Assembly: GCA_001643675.2 (NCBI GenBank)
Contig: LSRY02000001.1
Span: 2,480,001 to 2,544,000 of the forward strand
Length of the DNA: 64,000 nt
Source: Monocercomonoides exilis PA203
Lineage: Eukaryota; Protista; Preaxostyla
Direction: 5' to 3'
The position numbers and the translations under genes were made by a program. Shown piece after piece: positions 58,901-64,000 of this stretch (its first letter is position 1; each line of letters opens with the position of its first letter). The notes below the pieces were generated by a model. The model saw only the letters and a program-made list of their open reading frames with translations. It was not told the origin of the DNA and searched no databases.

Positions 58901-60710
58901 GGATTGCTGTGCTCATATTGCTTTGGCCATAAATAGTAAAAGCGTTGACCCCACAATCAAAACTATTTGTTTCGATTATCGTTCCTGAAAATATTTCGAT
59001 ATTGGGAACCAAATCTGGAATGAGTTGTGTGAGGCAACGGCTGATGGTGCTGCATGGATTAGATTTATCCAGCCCACATGCATACGTGTCGTTGCCTTTT
59101 GGTTGTGAATCAGTTGATGAGACAAATCTCACATTTCCAAAATCATTGCGAAGCCATTCACTGTGATCAGCGTTTGTATTATAATTAGTACAAACTCGGT
59201 TTGTTGCTTTTCTGGTTGAATAGCAGGTGGAATCAATGTTATTTGACGATGATATTTGCAGAGCAATATCATTTCCCACTTTTCCACACGTGTTGTTGTG
59301 GAAAAAGCAGAAAAATAATAATGTTCCGTAATTATATGCATTTATTTCAATTGCAATAGCACCCCCCCAACACATTGCATAACAATGACAAAATAAACAA
59401 TTTGAAAAAATAATTTGATCTGTACACTTCCAATTCAGAATGGCGCCTCCTGTGCCATCTCGTGAAGAATTGCATCGGCAGTTATCATAAAAGGAATTAA
59501 CAACGCACACTTTCTGTCTTTCTGTTTTTGTTAGTAAAAAATATATAGCTCCTCCATCATCACCAGAAGAGCAATTATAAAATAAACAATCGTCGACCAC
59601 TGGTTGGGTGTTAACATTATCGAACATTATTCCTCCACCTCCAAAGTCTGATGTTGCTGCAGCTGAACATTGATTAAATGTCGAATGAAGTACAATGCAT
59701 TCAGCTATTTTTTGAGCATATATTCCCCCACCATTTGTCGAGGAAGCATTGCATCTTGTGAATGAAGAATTCTCAACTGTGAGTATTGCACTTGCATTGT
59801 CGTGCACATAAAGAGCGCCTCCTTGTGGGGATGTGCAATCAGTCCATTCACACAATGAAAATGATTGGCTTTCTGTTGAATTAATTTGTCCTTTTTTCTC
59901 AAGAGCATTCATTTCTCTTTTCCCGAAGTTTATTGTTGTGTTTTTGCAGATGAATTCTTGTGAAGAATATGACCCACTCGATATCCCTCCTTCAAAGACA
60001 TTCACACACGAATAAATGAGGCAGTTCTCCATCAAACTTCGAAAGCATGAATGTTCCACAAAATGATCGCTATTCTTATCAGATTTCACAGACATGTTCC
60101 TGAAGGCACAGTTAGAAATCTCTTCACTTTTGCTCTTTCCTGATAGCAGGAAATAGTCTGAAGCTGAAACAGCCAGGTCTGCAATGACAGAATTCCTCAA
60201 AATAACAGAATTGGAATCATCAGAAGAAAATATGAGACTGGATGGGTTAAGACTCTCTTGGGGGATCAAAGTCATGTTTGTGAGGCAGATTGACCCGATA
60301 TTCAAATGAAATGGAGATTTCGATTTTTGGTGGGAAACACATGAATCCAACACCACATTCGATTTATCTGTTATCAGAATAAATGGGGAGGAAGAATATT
60401 CGACTGCCACATTTTTCAGTCCAACTGAAGAATTGGAAAATCGAAAAAAAGAATAAATAGCTGTGCATGTTCCTGCCTTCCATCTGTTCATTCCTGATGC
60501 TTTTCCATGTTCTGACAAATAATTATTATTGTCATTTGTGGGAAATTGTGCATCATTAGAGTTGACTTGACCGAAATAAATACAGTAATTTAAAGAAATT
60601 CCATTTGAAATAATACCTTGGTTTTCAAATGTGGATGTTCCACAGATGACTTGAGATTTAAATGTCTCTGCTAGAGTCAGACATGCTAAAAGGAACAAAT
60701 GCACCCTCAT
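52923..60710 (-). CDS. Receptor-like protein, 2595 aa: signal peptide, very large Cys/Ser-rich beta-helix (pectin-lyase-like) ectodomain, one TM helix, degenerate kinase C-lobe
   Basis: N-terminus MRVHLFLLACLTLA; repeated GGA[IL]Y strands and four C-G-x4/5-P-C-x-[ST] motifs; TM YWLLIVIIMAIVLLIVLIVSIIIAV. Kinase-like RWKAPE, VAFSIGMMLWECLTLEIPF and ACLSSQPEVRLS are present; VAIK, HRD and DFG are absent. Confidence 0.9.
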   Translation of the reverse strand: MRVHLFLLACLTLAETFKSQVICGTSTFENQGIISNGISLNYCIYFGQVNSNDAQFPTNDNNNYLSEHGKASGMNRWKAGTCTAIYSFFRFSNSSVGLKNVAVEYSSSPFILITDKSNVVLDSCVSHQKSKSPFHLNIGSICLTNMTLIPQESLNPSSLIFSSDDSNSVILRNSVIADLAVSASDYFLLSGKSKSEEISNCAFRNMSVKSDKNSDHFVEHSCFRSLMENCLIYSCVNVFEGGISSGSYSSQEFICKNTTINFGKREMNALEKKGQINSTESQSFSLCEWTDCTSPQGGALYVHDNASAILTVENSSFTRCNASSTNGGGIYAQKIAECIVLHSTFNQCSAAATSDFGGGGIMFDNVNTQPVVDDCLFYNCSSGDDGGAIYFLLTKTERQKVCVVNSFYDNCRCNSSRDGTGGAILNWKCTDQIIFSNCLFCHCYAMCWGGAIAIEINAYNYGTLLFFCFFHNNTCGKVGNDIALQISSSNNIDSTCYSTRKATNRVCTNYNTNADHSEWLRNDFGNVRFVSSTDSQPKGNDTYACGLDKSNPCSTISRCLTQLIPDLVPNIEIFSGTIIETNSFDCGVNAFTIYGQSNMSTAIQTEFEASGLPLFSVSTGALTASDLILVHDSAHPNNRGSRLFEISGAGEMYVSRLNISFGSGQSTETAFSTELINVQNGVFQMEHVNWAKTISTTSLFSLSSTNEISLTLSECAFDGIERATSGAAVMSFSNDKANIDVNSSTFEGCGSRTSADGGSMMLCVGNGNEVKVKGGSFDGCYCSATYGFGGGILLRLLNENPNFLISSSFGTNTAKWGRDIFVISPNLEETAKSENITCVEASLDSVEKVRGCDNGNNSVAIPLCIYLLPTPEEIYVSNSEASNHSHCGIVQFPCLTMKHSLTRQTETKKVVVNGMILMSDELDFVGQKHEIRGNYEQSGWTVSDSSETSNSSMISANVETELSRLIFSLPSSLPLHSTFISSSSSSITLSQCSLSLQDPSSELTILFLSVESGILIIDKFSASSIDLRRNPLISLRGSSTNAELISTLWLNMTNSNFTKIERAAGNGGCVSIDNSDDENTNTQINIEECSFDGCSVLDDESRGGAIDAQLKGGIQMNIISCTFTGCTAPAGERKIGFGGGMALKLINEYSSFVISSPVFEADKPNAARYGNNLFVESPNLTKSITNTSLPFVPENLDDISFDSMKGFDGSDTTNAIPLVNFWRAIGSEIFIGSEGCDVCVCGFSDYPCLSMDHSLTRLREGNERNVNIIGKGYLQKSVDVSGISVKSDVSSMCSLECVSSLEGAEGAAMKICGITNFELIQFVIPSSFASGVNVLMHIGSSEGLLTLKDCSFSKKGDEREELTDYGLIKADGGTVVLELVTMQLLSFSQDVISVLSTTVLNAKNLTMKNIELEGASGLRISKGSAGEKRGSNEGEQNIVIEWSLFEEVTQNTTENIPIIRNENDEPLKIVIRNTTMKRCGGLKCGKGGGMFCELNEGGSFDCSFCTISECFCSTAGRGGWLFLECTSTAEQPLNFVLSSITFRDNTALRGRDVYIRCHSIENQIVDEQFLLDFRAPFVKDKAVWGCTTDSFVGEEDLLLRVMKYQSETIFVSSVAENEEDNKQCGEFNTPCHSLSFGVQHIIPSLYSQLLILEQTEIVGKCDVLNVTIRSLQSPSAALVHLNSTITNEGNLITTSEKVRVESVKFNFGQLFSYSGSSIIHEANGQLSLSFVDFSSVGQSENIESVVLNSSLLSIENGILHVDNCSISMLSFKKPSFLLNGDEINFTNFKLEQIESTTNIFEIGDCGSVVFNWMVTEEVELSEGCVIAINDLSSGTVSIGISSFNNCLRNSRGASVFTASSSSAQINLFNCSCSDCNSLSSKGSIVEMNNAKDVSMQMYQFEGILSNENENERNSDFEEICKWNGSLVHSANSSLMMKYVTIMNASQGGLSVSAGDVTIEKGEFMNNNPFIEKYPSLRRNIICSDSASLTISSLKGGDGLMPNSSLWILNDGCDLRGIAGERSSPFFIPILKDVSMNENGSNVVVKFKGSLLLPCDLSFRLIFKTGDVELVETYRFEEDSFESETEVIGRIPSENISTIADETEVSVMILFGKQLAFTSPQILKNKTESKTGNDKVVEGGKEGKSYWLLIVIIMAIVLLIVLIVSIIIAVRWRKSERRTEELEEIVNDTVKKDPKLIEMVTMEMSPEEQWRRAEREAEKKNEERMKKRVYEKSLGHSESSEHLLSESGSTEYILGKDSDKIPEWALEKVEEEEARKRTPSPSISSISSTDTSDTESTFVRGEDLCPTTSSMSNLVDAMACSSPHEKLIVDLRDSLFMLLHGRNKTKEMAIGSLKEREQTAAQILFWVANLALHSFDEMENELSSLANLSPHIVLFSEHMVICIALHSDCLSDSDTSSVSSASTMVTSSSDVSVMSERFTKSPPPSSAFEDDEDEERKECLRWKAPELQMNKKMGATKESVAFSIGMMLWECLTLEIPFDEYEGEVAGQKIVNHERPNMSAVKESNFFEIIRACLSSQPEVRLSLAGLKREFIQRFPAGAAILTMSDAIDLEETTEDGEHMTSVNSSDITGTLQTEK

Positions 60711-63417
60711 ACGGAAATAAATTCAGTTTTGATTTAAAAAATTAATTATTATGAGAATGATCATTTTTTATTTTTTTACGCATGATTGAATAAAGAAAAG
60801 GTGAAATTGAAATACTTATAATTGTTTTTGAAATACATTGGAAAAAGTACTTAGTCAATTTTATCCTATTTAACAGCTGTCCAGAATAAAACTGTTTCTT
60901 TCAAAAAATATATTTTGTCATGAATCATAACATCTATTTGCATTTAAAAATTTTTTAAAACAAAATGCAATATTGTGCTTGCCTTATCAATGCAAAAAAT
61001 TTGTTTCAACAGTAGCAAATGGCAGATAATATTAAATTGATTTATTGAAACATAACAATTTGAAAACATAAAAACAAACCAATATTTCCTTCTTTATTGT
61101 TTGAAATTTGTGGAACATTTATGTTTTGATTCCAATTCGCATCGAAAATAAATGACAAACCATAGTTATGTTTTCAGATTGAATTGCTTTTTCAAAGCTT
61201 TTGATGAACATGTGATCGAGGATTTCGAAGAATCCAACGATCATGTCTTCTGTTGAGAAATGTTTTTTTCATTTGACTGTGAAATTGGATTCAAGCATTT
61301 GGATGCAAAAGAGTTGGCAATTTCCATGAGCATTTGATAAGATGGTTTTGCGAACAAATTTGAAAGAAATGGTATTTTTTTATCATTGGCTGACTGGAAA
61401 AAAGATAAAAGGTGGAAGAGACTTAAAGAATGAAAAGTTATATGTTTGCTCATTTCTGGTTTGTGGAATGATATTTTTTTATATCATTTGTTCGTTTTGC
61501 AGACATTTGATTTGAGAGATGGATAAACATCTGTTGAAAATTGTTTTTCTGAAATAAGAACTGTTGAGAATTTTTGGTTCAAATGAAGTTTGTAATTTTT
61601 GAATATATTATTTTTATTTGACTCCAGCGCAGAAATCAAGGAAATAAATTGAATGAATGATATTTCCTAATCCGGTTGATTACAGAGCTCGAACAACTGG
61701 TGCGGACGGAAAGAAAGCAGGGCGAAGAGATTGAATGGGTGTTAGATGAAGTCAATTCTTGATTCAATCAAAAGGAATTGAAAAGAAAACATTGATTTGT
61801 TGTTTTTCAGAGGGATCAGAAACCTTCTGAAATGGAGATGAAAAGACTTTTGAAAATGGATGATTGGAGAATATGTTGCTTAAACTGTTGTTAATGGAGG
61901 AATGATGAATTTATTATTGAATAAAACGAACATTTCCAAAGGAACAATTATTGAAAATGGCTAACAAATCAAAAAGCATGTTTTTATCTCTAAAAATAAA
62001 TTTTATTGAATTTTTATTGTATAATTTTAAATGCAATTCAAAAAGCGAGGGATTTAATGACTTTGAAGAAGAAGAAAAGAGGCGAAGGAGAAGGCAAAGA
62101 AGAAGAAAGACAAAAATTCAAGATATGATGAAGATGCATTCCATTGGGCTTTGGAAATGAGTTATCTTTGGTAGAAAGACAATTTTTCGAGAAAGAAGTG
62201 AAGAAAACGAGGAAGATTTTGAATGAAAAGAATGATCTCCAAATATTTCATGATTTTTAAAGGTGAAAAGGAAAAATCAAGTTGAATGCGTGAAAGATTG
62301 AGAAGACAGTGCTTTAAAGAACACACAAAAATGGAAGAAGAAAAAGAGCAACGTTTGATTTTGCTGAATTTCAATCTGTTTATTTGTTGCTGTTTCTGAT
62401 CGGAATTCCTCCGAGCTTTTCATCTCATTTTGTTAGCTTCAATCGTTTATTTATTAATTCAGCTTCTTCTTCTTCTTCCTCTTCCTCTTCCTCTTCCTCT
62501 TCTTTAACATCTTCACTGATTCAAAGAAATGTTGTTTCATTCATTCTTTTCAACTCTCCGTGAATTCTTCTTCAAGTTTTGTCTTTTATTTCTATTCACA
62601 AACACAAAGGCAATTTTCTCATCTGTCAAGAAGAAGCAGCTTAAGCACCGAGGCAATGGAATGGATGTGATATTGACATCCAATCAAAAAAAAAGGAGGA
62701 TGATTCTTTCATTTAATCATTTGACTGTTGAATGAAGCGCAGATGAAATAAAGAAGATATATTGGAATAATTTCACTTTTGGAATGGACGATTGAAGTGA
62801 AGGAATGCGACAGATTTCATAACGTGTCATCTCATTTGTGAGTGACAGAAGAGTCAAAAGGAAATGAGAGAAAGACAAAGAATTTGAAATGGAGAAGGAA
62901 ACTGTCACAAAAGAAATATTTGAAATGACAAATGGAGATAGGATTATTGAGAGCAGATATTTATTTTTTTTTGTTATTTATGATAATTTGGTGATGATAC
63001 AATTGGTGAACAATCAGTTTTTCTGAAAGGGAAGTTTTTGATTTGAAAATGTTGGCTTCTGGAAATGTGTGAATGAAAATCATTCGAATGAACAAAATAC
63101 TCTGTTTTCTCAGTTATTCATGCACATTCTCCAAAAGATTCTTTCTTCTTTTTTTTCATTTGAATTCCCAGTTTCCATGTTTCAGTATTCTTTTTTGAAC
63201 ATTCTTTTTTCAAATTCAAATCATTAAAAATTGAAAAATTAAAAAAAAAAAGAAAACATTTTCTTCAGATATATTTTTCTATTTGCATTGTTGGAATTAC
63301 AGATCTGAAATGAAGCAAAACCTCAGTCAACCCCATTAAAAAATCTTCCTCTTCAAAAAAAACAAGGATAAGAAAAACGCTCAAAGTTCATATATTTATC
63401 AAATAATCTCCGTAATA

Positions 63418-64000
63418 GGTGAGTATTTTTATTGGCACCAGTTTTTTTATTGGCACTAAAAATTATTTTCATAATCTTCATTTCATTAAAGCTCATAAAT
63501 CTGTTTCATAACTTAAGAACAATAAACAAATAAAAATTAAGCTGTACGTCAAATATTTTTTCAAAAAACTTTCTCAGAAAAATGATCTAATAATTTTTAA
63601 CTTTTATATTTCGATCAATGTTTTGCTCGTATTTTCTTGACTGATTGCAGTTGCGAGTTTTTATCACGGAATTCACAAAAACAACTGTATTTTCCGTATT
63701 TGTTACTTATTTGTTATATTTTGAACCATTTATTTAAGTGTATTTTTGCATTTCACCATTTTTGTTAAAACATGCAAAATCAAATGAATGTGTATGTCTT
63801 GTTAAAAAATGTCATAAGAAATTGATAAAATAATCTTTATTGTATATTGTTCATGTTTTGAAAACGAATTTATATGGGTGATTTTTTTTGACACCAAAAA
63901 AAAAGATCAAAAGTCTTAAAAAAAATCAATTGTGGCATTTTTTGATCAAAGAGTTAAATCAATTTTTATACAAGCATTTAGCTTTTATTTCTGTCGTATA
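63418..64000 (+). mobile_element. Probable left end of a third foldback-family element, truncated by the window edge
   Basis: TA|GGTGAGTA-TTTTTATTGGCAC-7nt-TTTATTGGCAC has exactly the spacing of the 10892 terminus (TA|GGGTCAAC-TTTTTAATGGGAC-7nt-TTTATTGGCAC). The right end is not in the window. Confidence 0.55.
63873..64000 (+). repeat. Dispersed repeat, copy C
   Basis: ATGGGTGATTTTTTTTGA..AAAAGATCAAAA..ATTGTGG.ATTTTTTGATCAAA..ACAAG.ATTTAGCTTTTATTTC matches the reverse complement of 41481-41608. Confidence 0.85.

Noticed and set aside
61240-63220. Possible decayed minus-strand gene
   Set aside because: Coding-like texture, but no ORF over ~70 aa and no recognisable homology, so it is not called.
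1-64000. tRNA, rRNA, CRISPR array or transposase/reverse-transcriptase ORF
   Set aside because: No cloverleaf with a T-loop consensus, rRNA-like segment, regular repeat-spacer array, or DDE/RT motif was recognised by eye; tRNAscan-SE, Infernal and HMM searches would be needed to exclude them formally.

Overview
AT-rich, intron-containing eukaryotic DNA with short GT(T/A)TG..AG introns, long GAA/TTC microsatellite tracts and the standard genetic code. Composition and gene families strongly suggest an oxymonad such as Monocercomonoides exilis (inference). Apparently intact genes are two members of an expanded ~450-aa helical family (two more copies are pseudogenes), a Cys-rich type I membrane protein, a divergent Atg18/WIPI-like beta-propeller, a 2xSH3 plus bacterial-type SDR fusion, an F-box plus TMEM185-like multipass membrane protein, a 2595-aa receptor-like pseudokinase, and an intronless GC-rich 2827-aa protein. 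That giant protein carries a complete 76-aa ubiquitin-like domain ending in Gly-Gly inside a disordered central region and has possible macroglobulin-like beta modules; it is the best candidate for an undescribed system. The non-coding DNA holds a family of ~1.0-kb TA-flanked GGG..CCC foldback elements (one nearly perfect, one decayed, one cut by the window end), a dispersed repeat, and several decayed gene relics.
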